From IMG/VR virus record IMGVR_UViG_3300037458_001574, positions 1 through 40,454 of that record: a DNA stretch of 40,454 nucleotides. One strand, 5' to 3'. Below, in pieces: positions 15,924 through 26,800 of this stretch (within the stretch, counting starts at the first letter, position 1; every line of letters starts with the position of its first letter). The translations under genes and the position numbers were made by a program. Origin of the DNA: a virus. Its lineage: Duplodnaviria; Caudoviricetes. The notes under the pieces are model-generated. The model saw nothing but the letters and a program-made list of their open reading frames with translations. It was not told the DNA's origin and ran no database searches.

Positions 15924-17437
15924 CCCGCTGGCTGGCTCCCCTCTTTCCCGGCTGGGCCGCCGCGCGCACCGCCGCACAAGCCCGGCTCAAATCCGCCCAG
16001 CGGTATTACGAGGCCGTTTCCATCACCGCCCAGCGGCCCCGGCGCGGCAACAACGCCAGCGCCGACCTGGTCATGGACCAGGCGCGGGGCAACCTGCGGC
16101 AGTTCGCCCGCTGGCTGGATGAAAATAGCGATCTGGCGGTTGGAATCCTCGACGACCTCGTGACCAACATCGTCGGCTGCGGCGCTGGCCTGGAACCGAT
16201 GGTGGTCAAAGGCAAGGACCGCGAGCCAGTGACCGATCTCAACCGGCAACTGGCCGATCTCTGGCAAGAATTCTGGCAGGCGCCGGAAGTGACCGGCGAA
16301 TTGCCGGGGCCGGAAGTCGAACGGCTGTTGTGCCGCTCGTGGTTGCGGGATGGCGAGGTGTTCGTTCATCACGTCACCAAACCCATCGCCCCGTACTCCT
16401 CCCGCGTGCCCTACGCGCTGGAACTGCTGGAAGCCGACTTTGTGCCGTTCGACATGTTCCAGCCGAAAACCAATGTCACCCATGGCATCGCCAAGGATGG
16501 TTGGGGCCGGCCGGTGGGCTATTGGGCTTATCGCCAGCACCCAGGCGGTACGTCCTGGTTGCCCAGCAGCGACATGATCTGGCTGCCCGCCGATCAAATC
16601 CTGCACCTGAAATTCGTGCGCCGGCTGCACCAGACGCGCGGCGCCTCGTTGTTCCACGCCGTGCTGTCCCGGCTGGACGATCTCAAGGATTACGAGGAAT
16701 CCGAGCGCATTGCCGCCCGAGTGGCCGCCGCGTTGACGGCCTTTATCAAGCGGGATTCCGCCCTGAGCGACGTGATGTCCTCTACGCTGGTCGGCGAAGA
16801 CAGTACCACGACCAATCGCAGCTTCAGCATGGCGCCCGGCCTGGTCTTCGATGGGCTGTTGCCCGGCGAAGATGTTGGCGTCATCGATCCAAAGCGCCCG
16901 AATCCGAACCTGGAAACCTTCCGCAACGCCATGCTGCGCGCCGTCGCCGCCGGCACCGGGACCCGGTTCAGCTCCATCGCCAAGAATTACAACGGCACGT
17001 ACAGCGCCCAGCGCCAGGAACTGGTGGAGGCGGTCACTCACTACCGCCGGCTGTTTGGCTACCTCAAGATCAAGCTGTACCTGCCCGTGTGGCGGCAGTT
17101 CGTGGACGCCGCTCGGCTGGCCGGCCTGATCCGCGTGCCGGCGGGCGTGGACGAGGCCAGCCTGTACCGGCCGGAAGTGCGCGCGCCGAATATGCCCTGG
17201 ATTGACCCCAAGAAGGAAATCGAAGCCTTCGCGCTGATGGTCGAAAAGGGCTTTCGCTCGCGCTGGCAAATCATTCGCGACCTCGGCGGCGATCCCGCGA
17301 CAGTGGACGCGCAACTGGAAGCCGACCCGCTGGATATTCGCCCGGTTCCGGGCCAGCCCGCCGCCGCACCGGCGATGGCCGAAAAGCCCGAACCGGAAGA
17401 TAAGGAAGTGGAAGACGACCTGAAGGAGGCCGCATGA
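15911..17437 (+). CDS. Portal protein (lambda family)
   Basis: NIVGCG, RDGEVF, LEAD, QTRG, TYSAQRQ, WIDPKKE. Confidence 0.95.
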   Translation: MDALTRWLAPLFPGWAAARTAAQARLKSAQRYYEAVSITAQRPRRGNNASADLVMDQARGNLRQFARWLDENSDLAVGILDDLVTNIVGCGAGLEPMVVKGKDREPVTDLNRQLADLWQEFWQAPEVTGELPGPEVERLLCRSWLRDGEVFVHHVTKPIAPYSSRVPYALELLEADFVPFDMFQPKTNVTHGIAKDGWGRPVGYWAYRQHPGGTSWLPSSDMIWLPADQILHLKFVRRLHQTRGASLFHAVLSRLDDLKDYEESERIAARVAAALTAFIKRDSALSDVMSSTLVGEDSTTTNRSFSMAPGLVFDGLLPGEDVGVIDPKRPNPNLETFRNAMLRAVAAGTGTRFSSIAKNYNGTYSAQRQELVEAVTHYRRLFGYLKIKLYLPVWRQFVDAARLAGLIRVPAGVDEASLYRPEVRAPNMPWIDPKKEIEAFALMVEKGFRSRWQIIRDLGGDPATVDAQLEADPLDIRPVPGQPAAAPAMAEKPEPEDKEVEDDLKEAA

Positions 17438-19464
17438 CGACCCGCGATTTTACCGGCCTGGCCGGTACCCGCTTCGAGCGCGAGGCCACGCTGGACCTCC
17501 GCGAAGCCCATGCGGAAACCCGTACCGTGCCTGCGTCGCTATCCAGCGAGGCCCCCGTCGCCCGCTGGTTTGGCACCGAAGTGCTGTCGCACGACAAGGA
17601 CGCCGTGAACCTGAGCCGCGCCGCCGAGGGCCTGCCCCTGCTGTTCGGCCACAACCACGACCAGCCTATCGGGCTCGTGGAAAACGTCAAGCTCAAGGAG
17701 GGCAAGCTGCGCGGCCTGTTGCGCTTCTCGAACAACGCGCGCGCCCAGGAAGTGTTCCAGGACGTGCGGGATGGCTTTCTGAAGAACATCTCCATCGGCT
17801 ACACCGTAGACCGCTTTGAAGAATCCGCCGATAGCGACGAGGTCCGGGTGACCGGATGGACGTTGCTGGAAGCGTCTGTGGTAACCGTCCCCGCCGATGC
17901 GTCGGTGGGCATCAATCGCTCTTATGGAGCCAAGACTATGACCGACGATGTAAAAGCGGTTGAGACCGCCGACGTGTCCGCCCCCGTGGTGGATATTACC
18001 CGCATGAAGCGCGAGCACCAGATTGCCAAGAAAGCCGGCAAGGCCGAAGCCATCCAGGAAGAGCGCCAGCGCATCACTGGCATTCACGGCGTGTTCGATT
18101 TGGACATCGTGCCCCGCACCGATTTCTATGCCGGCTTGCGCGCGCGCGCCGTGGATGAGGGGTGGGGCGTGGAAGAGACGCGCAAGATCGTGCTGGAAGC
18201 CATGAGTGGAGAGACCGAACCCGCCGTGGAGTGGGGCAAGGTCAGCGATGATCAGCTTTCCAACCGTGGCGTTCGCGCGCCGGTCGTCATTCCGGCCAAG
18301 CCCGGCAATCATTCCCGCGCTCTGGGCAGCGTCCAGATGGGCGAAGATGGCCTGGACAAGTTCCTGCGCGGCGCCGAAGAAGGTTTGATGGTGCGCGCCG
18401 GGCTGATTTCGGACAAGGAAACCGTGCGCAAGGCCCGCGAGAGCGGCATGGTCGGCAAGCGGCTGCATACCCTGGCCGGCGATTACCTGCGGCTGAAGGG
18501 CGAAATGACCGTTTCCCTGCCCGACGACGAGGTGGTTTCCCGTGCTATCCCGGTTCGCGCGGTCGGTCAGACCACCAGCGATTTCACCTATCTTCTAGGC
18601 AACGTCGCCAATAAGGCGCTCCTGGTGGGATTCGAGGAAGCTCCCGAAACCTGGAACCTCTGGACCCGGCGCGGTCAACTGCCCGATTTCAAAACCGCCG
18701 ACCGCATCAACATGAGCGGGTTCACCGGGTTGGCCGAGGTGGCGGAAGACGGCGAGATCACGTATGGCAAGTTCACCGATCGCAAGGAAACGATCAAGCT
18801 GGTGTCCTATGCCAAGAAATACCGCATGTCGCGCCAGTTGATCATCAACGACGATCTGGGCGGGCTGACCCAGGTGCCCCGGATGATGGGCCGGGCGGCC
18901 AACCGCAAGATTGGCGACGTGGTCTATGCTCTGCTGAACGGCACGGGCCCGACCCTGACCCAGGATTCGACGGCGCTGTGGGATACCTCCAGCCACAAGA
19001 ACTATGTCGCCGCCGCGACGGCGCCGAACGTCGCCACCCTGACCACGGCCACCACGGCGATGGCCAAACAGACCGACCCCAACACCGGGGCCGTGCTCAA
19101 CATCCGCCCGCGCTATCTGGTGGTGCCGGTGGCGCTGGAAACGACCGCCCGCGTACTGATGGCCGCGCAATACGATCCGGCGGGCACCGCCGGCACTCTG
19201 CCGCCCAATCCGTTCTCGGGCCGGTTCGAGGTTATTTCGGATGCGCGCCTGGATGGGCAAACCTACGGCACTTATGCCTGGTATCTGTTCGCCGATCCGA
19301 ACGTCTATGACACCTTCGAGGTGGCGTTCCTGAACGGCGTGGCCGAACCCTACTTGCGCGAGAACCAAGCCTGGGATTTGCAGGGCATGGAATACGTGGT
19401 CGGGATTGACTTTGGCGTATCCGCCCTGGATTTCCGTGCCGTGCATAAGTATCGCGGCAACTGA
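17434..19464 (+). CDS. Prohead protease-major capsid protein fusion
   Basis: LLFGHN...ISIGY...EASVVTVPAD (HK97-type protease); TTSDF, DFK, IINDDL, LVVP, AFLNG, DFG (capsid). Confidence 0.92.
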   Translation: MTTRDFTGLAGTRFEREATLDLREAHAETRTVPASLSSEAPVARWFGTEVLSHDKDAVNLSRAAEGLPLLFGHNHDQPIGLVENVKLKEGKLRGLLRFSNNARAQEVFQDVRDGFLKNISIGYTVDRFEESADSDEVRVTGWTLLEASVVTVPADASVGINRSYGAKTMTDDVKAVETADVSAPVVDITRMKREHQIAKKAGKAEAIQEERQRITGIHGVFDLDIVPRTDFYAGLRARAVDEGWGVEETRKIVLEAMSGETEPAVEWGKVSDDQLSNRGVRAPVVIPAKPGNHSRALGSVQMGEDGLDKFLRGAEEGLMVRAGLISDKETVRKARESGMVGKRLHTLAGDYLRLKGEMTVSLPDDEVVSRAIPVRAVGQTTSDFTYLLGNVANKALLVGFEEAPETWNLWTRRGQLPDFKTADRINMSGFTGLAEVAEDGEITYGKFTDRKETIKLVSYAKKYRMSRQLIINDDLGGLTQVPRMMGRAANRKIGDVVYALLNGTGPTLTQDSTALWDTSSHKNYVAAATAPNVATLTTATTAMAKQTDPNTGAVLNIRPRYLVVPVALETTARVLMAAQYDPAGTAGTLPPNPFSGRFEVISDARLDGQTYGTYAWYLFADPNVYDTFEVAFLNGVAEPYLRENQAWDLQGMEYVVGIDFGVSALDFRAVHKYRGN

Positions 19465-19474
19465 TGATCCGCCG

Positions 19475-19498
19475 CTGCCCCGCTTTCGGGCGGGGCAG
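19475..19498 (+). terminator. UUCG-loop hairpin after the capsid gene
   Basis: CTGCCCCGCT-TTCG-GGCGGGGCAG; no U-tract, so it may stabilise mRNA rather than terminate. Confidence 0.45.
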
Positions 19499-19526
19499 GT
19501 CTCGATCCTGTTATTGGAGGTTTCTC

Positions 19527-19889
19527 ATGTCTCAGTCTTTGCAAGAAGGGGCGGTGTACCAGTACACCACCACCGGGGCCGTGGCCAATGGCCAACTGCT
19601 CGTTCTCGGCCGCACCGCCGGGGTGGCGCTCAATGCCGCCACCGGCGCCGGCCAAAAAATCGCCGTCGCCCTGGAAGGGGTGTTCTCGGTAGCCTCCCGG
19701 CCGACTGGCGCCAAAACCGCCGGTATGCGCGCCATGTACCTCGCTACCGGTGGGGTGAATCGGGTTACCACCGTTTCGGGCGCGGCCGGCACCGGCAAAT
19801 ACACCATCGGAACCCTCTGGGAAACGGCGGCCACCTCGGCGACGTCCGTCAAGATCAAATTGATCGGCGGCCCCATCGCAGCGATCTGA
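19527..19889 (+). CDS. DUF2190-like capsid cement/decoration protein 1
   Basis: GGAGG SD; QEG...GVAL...LEGVF...VKIKL; follows the capsid gene. Confidence 0.8.
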   Translation: MSQSLQEGAVYQYTTTGAVANGQLLVLGRTAGVALNAATGAGQKIAVALEGVFSVASRPTGAKTAGMRAMYLATGGVNRVTTVSGAAGTGKYTIGTLWETAATSATSVKIKLIGGPIAAI

Positions 19890-19899
19890 GGAATCCGCC

Positions 19900-20289
19900 A
19901 TGGCCCAGATGCTACAAGCAGGGCAAGTCTACCAGTACACCACCACCGGCGCGGTGACCGCCGGGCACGTGCGGCGTATCGGCGCCCGGATGGTGGGCGT
20001 GGCGTTGCAGAGCGCGACCGGTGCTGGCCAGAAAATCAGTGTGGCCTTGGAAGGCGTGCATTCGCTGACGGCGGTCGCCACTGGCGCCAAGGCCTTCGGC
20101 GCGCTGTGTTATCTACGGGCGACGGGCGTGCCCTGGGCGGTGGCGATGACCGCTACCGGGTCCACCGGCGCGACCGGGTCCACCGGCTCCCGGACGGCCT
20201 TCGTCATGGGCACGATTTTCGAGGCCGCCGCCACTTCGGCGACGACCGTCAAGGTCAAGCTGACCGGCGGCCCGATGCAGAAGCTGTGA
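19900..20289 (+). CDS. DUF2190-like capsid cement/decoration protein 2 (paralog)
   Basis: Shares YQYTTTGAV, ATGAGQKI.VALEGV and AATSAT.VK.KL.GGP with the preceding gene. Confidence 0.8.
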   Translation: MAQMLQAGQVYQYTTTGAVTAGHVRRIGARMVGVALQSATGAGQKISVALEGVHSLTAVATGAKAFGALCYLRATGVPWAVAMTATGSTGATGSTGSRTAFVMGTIFEAAATSATTVKVKLTGGPMQKL

Positions 20290-20290
20290 C

Positions 20291-20464
20291 ATGGCCCGAA
20301 TCCCCTGTAAATCTTCGATTCCCGCCTGGTCGTTGCTGTATTCCAGCAGCGAATCCCTGGCGCTTGATATTGCCGAGATTATCTGGGGATTCGGCCATTT
20401 ACTCTTCGACGACGAGACCGAATTGTTGTGGGATGACGGGACTACGGGCTTGCTGTGGGGTTAA
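20291..20464 (+). CDS. 57-aa hypothetical virion protein, absent from the ORF track
   Basis: MARIPCKSSIPAW...LLFDDETELLWDDGTTGLLWG fills the gap between its neighbours almost exactly. Confidence 0.6.
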   Translation: MARIPCKSSIPAWSLLYSSSESLALDIAEIIWGFGHLLFDDETELLWDDGTTGLLWG

Positions 20465-20467
20465 CGA

Positions 20468-20935
20468 GTGGCTACCGAAAAATTAAGCGTCTTACTCCAT
20501 GCCCTGAGCGTTAAAACGCCAGTCGCCGCCGATCAAATCCCCCTCCTGGATTCGGCCAATGCGTTCGCGTTCGGCGTGGCCAACTGGTCGGCGGTCAAGG
20601 CAGCGGCGCTCACGCGGGCGGTTACGGCGGTCACGACGACGGCAGCGCCCGGCGCGACCGATACCGGGGCGGTCTACACCAACGAAGGCGATAGCGACGG
20701 GGCGACGGTGACGTTGCCGGCGGCAGCGGCCGGCCTGCAATTCACCCTGTACGTGCAAACCGCCCAGACCTTGACCGTCACCGCTGGTTCCGGCGATACC
20801 CTTCGCATCGGCGGCAGCGTGACGGCGGCGGCCGGCTCGATCACGAGCAACACCGTAGGTAGCTGCGTGACCCTGGTGGCGATCAACGCGACCGAATGGA
20901 TCGCGACGGCCGCCGTCGGCTCCTGGAGCTTCTAA
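20468..20935 (+). CDS. Putative head fibre/virion protein
   Basis: A/T/G-rich beta protein with VTLPAAAAGL...VTLVA...W; head-neck position. Confidence 0.65.
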   Translation: MATEKLSVLLHALSVKTPVAADQIPLLDSANAFAFGVANWSAVKAAALTRAVTAVTTTAAPGATDTGAVYTNEGDSDGATVTLPAAAAGLQFTLYVQTAQTLTVTAGSGDTLRIGGSVTAAAGSITSNTVGSCVTLVAINATEWIATAAVGSWSF

Positions 20936-21513
20936 TGCCTACCGTACAAGCCGGCTTGCCGATTGCCTGGACGGATGCGCTATGCCCGGCCCATGCGGCG
21001 GGGCAAGGCGTGGCCGCGCCGAGCTATACCACCGACTGGATCGCCGAGACGGGCAGCGACGACAACGAATTGCGCCTCCCGACCTTCAGCCCTGGAGATC
21101 GGGTTTATTGCTCCCTGCAAATTCCCCACGACCTGTATATCCCGGCATCGGGAACGCTGGTCTTTCGGCCCCACGTTCATTGGACGTTCGTCAGCGAGCC
21201 CACGACCGGCCGCACCGTGATCTGGGAGTTGCGGTATGTCGTGGCCAAGTTTGAGGTGGCTTTCGCCAGTTCGGTAACGCCGTTGACCGCCGATGCCTAC
21301 ACCACGACCGGCAGCGCGGAAGCCAACATCCACCAGATTACCAGCCTGGGCAACATCACGATCAACGCGGCCGATTTGGGGCCGAGCATGATTTTCATCT
21401 GCAATCTTGGATTGAAAGACACCAGCACGGTGGATGCTTCCAAAGTGGGGCTGTTGAGCTTCGACTTCCACTATCAGACGCAGCCGGCGGGAACGGTGAC
21501 GGAATTCGCATGA
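20935..21513 (+). CDS. Hypothetical virion-associated protein
   Basis: TAATG coupling; LQIPHD...PHVHW beta-sandwich-like sequence. Confidence 0.65.
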   Translation: MPTVQAGLPIAWTDALCPAHAAGQGVAAPSYTTDWIAETGSDDNELRLPTFSPGDRVYCSLQIPHDLYIPASGTLVFRPHVHWTFVSEPTTGRTVIWELRYVVAKFEVAFASSVTPLTADAYTTTGSAEANIHQITSLGNITINAADLGPSMIFICNLGLKDTSTVDASKVGLLSFDFHYQTQPAGTVTEFA

Positions 21514-21860
21514 GCGTCTTTGCCGACCTCATGGCCCAAACCGGCGTGCCGGCTTTACGCGCGGCGTTCGGCGACGAGGCGACGTATACCCCGCCAGGGA
21601 CCAGCCCGACCGATGTTGCGACGTGGGCGATGGTGCAGATGGGCAGCGAAATGGTCGGGCAGTACGGCGATATTCTGGAACCGCGACTGACCGCGCAACT
21701 CCCGAAAGTGGACGTTGCCCGGCCCGCCATCGGCGCCATCCTCACGATCGATACCGTGACCTATCGCATCGACCAGCAACTGACCGAAGATGATCTCTTC
21801 GTCACCGTGGCGATTCGGGCCGTCACTATCGAAGAAGAGGAACCGGAGCCCACGCCATGA
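21510..21860 (+). CDS. Head-tail joining protein (gpFII-like)
   Basis: FGDEATYTP...GAILTID...YRI; synteny. Confidence 0.7.
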   Translation: MSVFADLMAQTGVPALRAAFGDEATYTPPGTSPTDVATWAMVQMGSEMVGQYGDILEPRLTAQLPKVDVARPAIGAILTIDTVTYRIDQQLTEDDLFVTVAIRAVTIEEEEPEPTP

Positions 21861-22294
21861 CCACCGCCGCCACGACCGCGCTGTACGCGCTCCAGGATCA
21901 CCTGGAAAAGATCACGACCGGCAACGGCTATGCCGTCACGGTCGCCAGCGTGACCACCGGGCGCGCGGCGCTGGCCAGCCCTACGGCGGGCACGTTCCCG
22001 CTCATCGTCCTGACGATCTTGCAGGACGCACCGACCGATGCCCTCTTGCAGCCGGGCCAGCGCTTCCAATCCTGGAATCGCAGCATCCTGCTGGAAGCCT
22101 TTACGGCCGAATCCTCGGACGGCACCTGGGACGAAGAACTGGATACGCTCTGGGACGCCATCCGCACCGCCCTGGCGCGGTATACCGGCATCTTGTCCTG
22201 GGGCGCCGTCGAATTTATCGCTCCGCAAGATGGCGGCAATATCTGCCTGTTGCGGATTCCGTTAACGATGCCTTATTCGCTCATTGTGGAGTAG
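21857..22294 (+). CDS. Tail terminator (gpU-like)
   Basis: LEKITTGNGY motif; precedes the major tail protein. Confidence 0.7.
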   Translation: MTTAATTALYALQDHLEKITTGNGYAVTVASVTTGRAALASPTAGTFPLIVLTILQDAPTDALLQPGQRFQSWNRSILLEAFTAESSDGTWDEELDTLWDAIRTALARYTGILSWGAVEFIAPQDGGNICLLRIPLTMPYSLIVE

Positions 22295-22298
22295 TGTT

Positions 22299-23078
22299 AT
22301 GGCCGTTGCTGTTGCCTCGAAAGCTCTTTACCTGAACTGCGCGATCAAATTTGGGTTTTGGTCCGGCGATACCCCGCCCACTCAGTTCTACGATGCCGTC
22401 AACTGGACCAAGCTGGAATTGACCAGCCAGGTTCAAGAGTCCGACGATCTGCTGTCCAACATGGAAGGGTCGGCGGGCGAACTGCTGGCCTCGGTCAACA
22501 AGACCACGGAAGCCGGCTCGCTAAGCGCGGAAGCGGACTACATGCCGCCGGCCCTGTACTCCGTGCTGCTGGGCGCGACTCTGACCGAGGTGACCCAATC
22601 GGCCACGACGGTGACCAAGGAGGCGATTGGCGCGCAGACCCTGGGCCTATGGACGCCGTTGGATCATCAATACGTGTTGCCCAGTGCCACCGGGCAGGCG
22701 ATTATTGCCTACACTGCCACCGATGCGACCATTGGGGCCAGCCATTACACCGTGGACTTAATCAATGGCTTGTACAAGCCGCTGACGGCCACCGGCGCAA
22801 CGGCCACTCAGTTGACGTATAAATACGGCACGCGGACCATCGAAAACTACGCGGCCGGCAAGGCGATCAGCAACTACGTGATGCTGATTGGATCTGCGAC
22901 CGAGAAAGTCAGCAGCAAGCGCGGGCGCATCGTGGTCGCCAAGGTCAATCTGGCGGGCAGTGCCGCCTTCGATCCGGTCACCGGTACCTACGTCAAGGGC
23001 TCGTTCGCCGGCAAGATGCTGACCCCCACCGGCTATACCTCGCCCTGGACCTTCCAGGTTTCCGACCTGGCGGCATAA
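22299..23078 (+). CDS. Major tail tube protein
   Basis: GGAG SD; size, composition and synteny; C-terminal FAGKMLTPTGYTSPW. Confidence 0.75.
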   Translation: MAVAVASKALYLNCAIKFGFWSGDTPPTQFYDAVNWTKLELTSQVQESDDLLSNMEGSAGELLASVNKTTEAGSLSAEADYMPPALYSVLLGATLTEVTQSATTVTKEAIGAQTLGLWTPLDHQYVLPSATGQAIIAYTATDATIGASHYTVDLINGLYKPLTATGATATQLTYKYGTRTIENYAAGKAISNYVMLIGSATEKVSSKRGRIVVAKVNLAGSAAFDPVTGTYVKGSFAGKMLTPTGYTSPWTFQVSDLAA

Positions 23079-23080
23079 CC

Positions 23081-23416
23081 ATGCACCGCGCGACCGCTGG
23101 CTTGTTGCTGCTGGCCAGCGGCGCGGTATCCGCCGCGCCGTTTCTGGTTTGCGATCCGTATCCCACCACCGGCCAACAGCCCACGGAATTCGTGGTGACG
23201 ATGTCCGGTATCGCCAACCCCATCATCAGCCCCGCCGTGGACGTGACCGGGGGCAAGGCGTTGCGCCTGGACCTGGGGCCGCTCAACCTGACCGGCTCCC
23301 GGACGGTCACGGCCAAGGCCCGCAACCCGTGGGGGGAGAGTGCGAGTAGCGTCCCTTTAGCGTTTACCGCCGGGGCACCAGTGGCTCCCGGTGGGCTTGG
23401 TCTGTCGGCCCAATAA
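23081..23416 (+). CDS. Signal-peptide protein with a single FN3/Ig-like domain
   Basis: MHRATAGLLLLASGAVSA|APFLV; TVTAKARNPWGES FN3-like motif. Confidence 0.65.
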   Translation: MHRATAGLLLLASGAVSAAPFLVCDPYPTTGQQPTEFVVTMSGIANPIISPAVDVTGGKALRLDLGPLNLTGSRTVTAKARNPWGESASSVPLAFTAGAPVAPGGLGLSAQ

Positions 23417-23431
23417 TCCTGACGCGCTGAC

Positions 23432-23827
23432 ATGGCTATCACGCTCGGCGCTGTCACCTTACCGCAGGGCTGCGTGTGGAGCGATGAGTTCGCCTGGTCG
23501 CCGCTCGCGCAAGAAACGACCTACACCCTGACTGGCTCGCTGGTGGTCGAACAGACCACCCGTGCGGCGGGCCGACCGATTACGCTCGTCGGCGGCAAGG
23601 AGTTCGCCTGGCTGACTCGCTTGCAACTTACGACCCTCAAGGCCCTGCTGGATGTGGGCGCCGAAATGACTCTGACCCTCCACGATGCGCGGACCTTCAC
23701 CGTACTGCCGGCGGGGCCGGATGCCTTGCAGGTGTCTGCCTTGCCCATCGTCAAGGATTCCGGTCCGGCCAATCCCTCCAGCGGGGCCTGGTACGTGCTG
23801 GAAGCCCTCAAGCTGATCGAGGTCTAG
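23432..23827 (+). CDS. Tail (distal-tail-like) protein
   Basis: WSDEFAWSP...TLTGSLVVE...GRPITL motif seen in siphophage tail-tip genes. Confidence 0.7.
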   Translation: MAITLGAVTLPQGCVWSDEFAWSPLAQETTYTLTGSLVVEQTTRAAGRPITLVGGKEFAWLTRLQLTTLKALLDVGAEMTLTLHDARTFTVLPAGPDALQVSALPIVKDSGPANPSSGAWYVLEALKLIEV

Positions 23828-23830
23828 CCC

Positions 23831-26800
23831 GTGGCCGATAAAAACCTGGTCCTGCAACTGCTGATCACCGCCAAGGATCAAGCCTCGGCGGCGTTGCGGG
23901 GGATTGGCGCCAGCGTCAAGACCATGGGCGACGCGGTCAGCCAGGTGTTGGCGCCGTTGCGCACCTTCGGCGGCTTGCTGGCGACGGCGGCGGGGATTGG
24001 CGGCGCCAAGGAGCTGGCGGACCGCGCCGACGCCTATATCCGGGTCAGCAACAGCCTCAAGATCGCCACGACCAGCGAGGAAGCCTACCAGGCCGCGTTG
24101 CAGGACGTGGCGGCCATCGCCGCGCGCACCAATGCCGACATCGAAACCACCGCCCAGCTCTACGGCAAGGTGGCGCAATCGGCGAAGGAACTGGGCCTCA
24201 GTCAAACTCAAGTCGGCCAACTCACCGAAGTCATCAGCAAAGGGATGCAGTTGTCCGGGGCTTCGGCGGCCACCGCCTCCGGCGCGATCCTGCAACTGAC
24301 CCAGGCGTTTGGTTCCGGCGCGTTGCGGGGCGAAGAATTCAACTCGGTGATGGAAGCCAGCCCGGAACTGATGCGGCAACTGGCTGCGGGATTGGGCGTC
24401 ACCATCGGCGAGCTGCGGGGCTTGGCGGAACAGGGTGCGTTGACCTCCCGCGCGGTTTCGGCGGCGCTCCTCGCCCAAAAGGACGCCATCGACAAGGCGT
24501 ATGGCGAAACCACCCGGACGGTCGAACAATCGTTTACCGCGCTCAACAACCAACTCATCCTGTACGTCGGCAAGCTCAACGAATCCACTGCCGCCACCGC
24601 TACCATTGGTTCGGCGCTGAAGTTGTTGGGCGACAACCTCAACGTGGTGGCGGCGGCGGCGGGGGCTGGGTTGGCCGCCGCCCTGGGCAAATCCACCCAG
24701 GCGCTGATCAGTTACGCCAAAGAATCTATCGCCGCTCGGGCCGCCGCGCGCGAACATGCCATTGCCGCCGCCGCGCAACGGGAAGCGGCGCTGGCCGCCG
24801 CGCAGGGCAATTTGGCTGCCGCACAAGCCGCCGCCAATCGCGCCCTCGCCGAACAGCGCGCCGCTCATGCCGCCCTGCAAGCCGCCTGGGCAGCCGCCGC
24901 AACGGCAAAAGCCGATCAATCGGTCGTACAGGCGCGTGCCGCCGTCACCGCATCAGCGCAAGCTGCCACCGCCGCGACTAACCGCTACATCGCCGCGCAG
25001 GCCGCCCTCAATGCCGCGCAGGCCGCGACGACTACCAGCGCCGGATTTATGGCGCGCGCTTTTAGCTTTTTGATGAGGCCCGGCGGTTTGATCCTGGCGG
25101 CGGTATCCGCGTTTGGTCTGCTGTTGCCGATGCTGTCGAGCAACAAGACCGCTACGGATGCGTTGTCCGGCAGTCTCGACGAATACGCCGAGGCGCTTAA
25201 AAAGGCTACGGCGGCGCAAATAGAGGCGCAAAGACAAAAACTAGATTTAGAGATCAACAAACAAAAGACCGAGATTGACGACCTCGTCGTTAGCGTTCAG
25301 AACCAGGTTAGATGGCTGGATCAAGTCAAAAAAGCCAATGGCAATGTCGCCAGCGCCACGGATGAGTTAAACCGACGGCAAGCTGCACTCGATACCGCCA
25401 CGCAAAACCTCAATGCGTTGACCGAGCGCCGCAACGCCCTGCTCAACGAGCAGGAAAATCGAAGTAAAGCACTTAGCGCCGAGGATGCAAGAGCGTTAGT
25501 GCAATACCAGCGAACCATCCTGGCGATGCAACAATACGCCAAGGACCTGGACGCGCTGGGCAAACAGCAGAAGGCCGTCGCCAGCGCCACCCAGGAGCGC
25601 ATTCAGGCGGAACTGGACCTGGCCAAGGCGGCGGGCGACGTGCAGGCGGTAGACCGGCTGACGCTGGAACTGGCCAATGCCCGCGCCGCTGCTGCCCGCC
25701 AGCAGGCGGAACTGGACCGCGCCGCTGCGGTAGCGGCCACACTCAAATTAGAGGCAGTCCAGAAGGAATACAACCTTATCCTGCAAAAGCAACCCAAGGA
25801 TGAGGAAGGCTTGCGGCTGGCCAAGCAGGATGCGGAACTGAAGAACGCGCAAGCGGCGGCGTCGGCGGCCCTGGCGGCGAAACTGCAACAACAGGCCCGC
25901 GATACCGATGCGCTGGCGTTGGCGACGCAAACGCTGGAAACCCGCCTGGCTGCATTGCGCGAGGAAACGGAACAGGAACTCGCACGGGCGGAACAACAGG
26001 CCCGAGTCCAATCCGAACAAATTCAGGGCGCCCTGGAGTTGGCCAAAGCCAAGGGCGACGAAGCGGAAGCCGCCCGGATCGTCGCCGATGCGACGGAACA
26101 GGAAATCGCCACCGCCGAACAGCGCATCGTTCTGCTCCGCGAGCAACAAGCCGAAATTGACCGGCACATTCAGAAGCTCTACGCCCAATTCAACGCGGAT
26201 CAGGACTATACCGAGAGCGAGCGGGCGGTCATCGAGGCGCTGAAAGACAAATCGGCGGCACTCGACGCCGACATCGCCACGATCGAAGCGCACCTGCCCC
26301 TGATGGAGCGGGAAGCCCAGCAGGCCGACATCATGACCGGCCCCATCGGCCAACTGTCCCGGCTGTATGCCGAGCAGACCCGCGAGCACGAACAGGCCGC
26401 CAGCGCCGCCGAGCGGTACTACGATACCCAGATCAAGGAAGTGGACGCCGCGATTCGGGTGGCGCAGGCCAAGGGCGACGAGGCGGAAGCCGCCGATCTG
26501 CTCCTCCAGAAACGCGACCTCGAAATCGAGCAGGCCGAAACGATGAGCGCCCTCAAGGCGCAAGAGGCCGTGGACGCCCAGAACGCGGTCGAGGTCAAGA
26601 AGCTGGAAGCTGCCGCCTCCGAGGGGGTGAGCGAAGCCGAACAAATCGAAATCGACAAGCTCCAGGAGCTGGCCGACGCCAAAAAAACCGCCGCGCAACA
26701 GGCCGAGATTCACGCCGACGCCCTGCGCAAAGAAAAGGACGCCGCCGAAAGCAGCAGCGATGCCTTCGACAATGCCGCCAAGAACGCCTACAAGTTCAGC

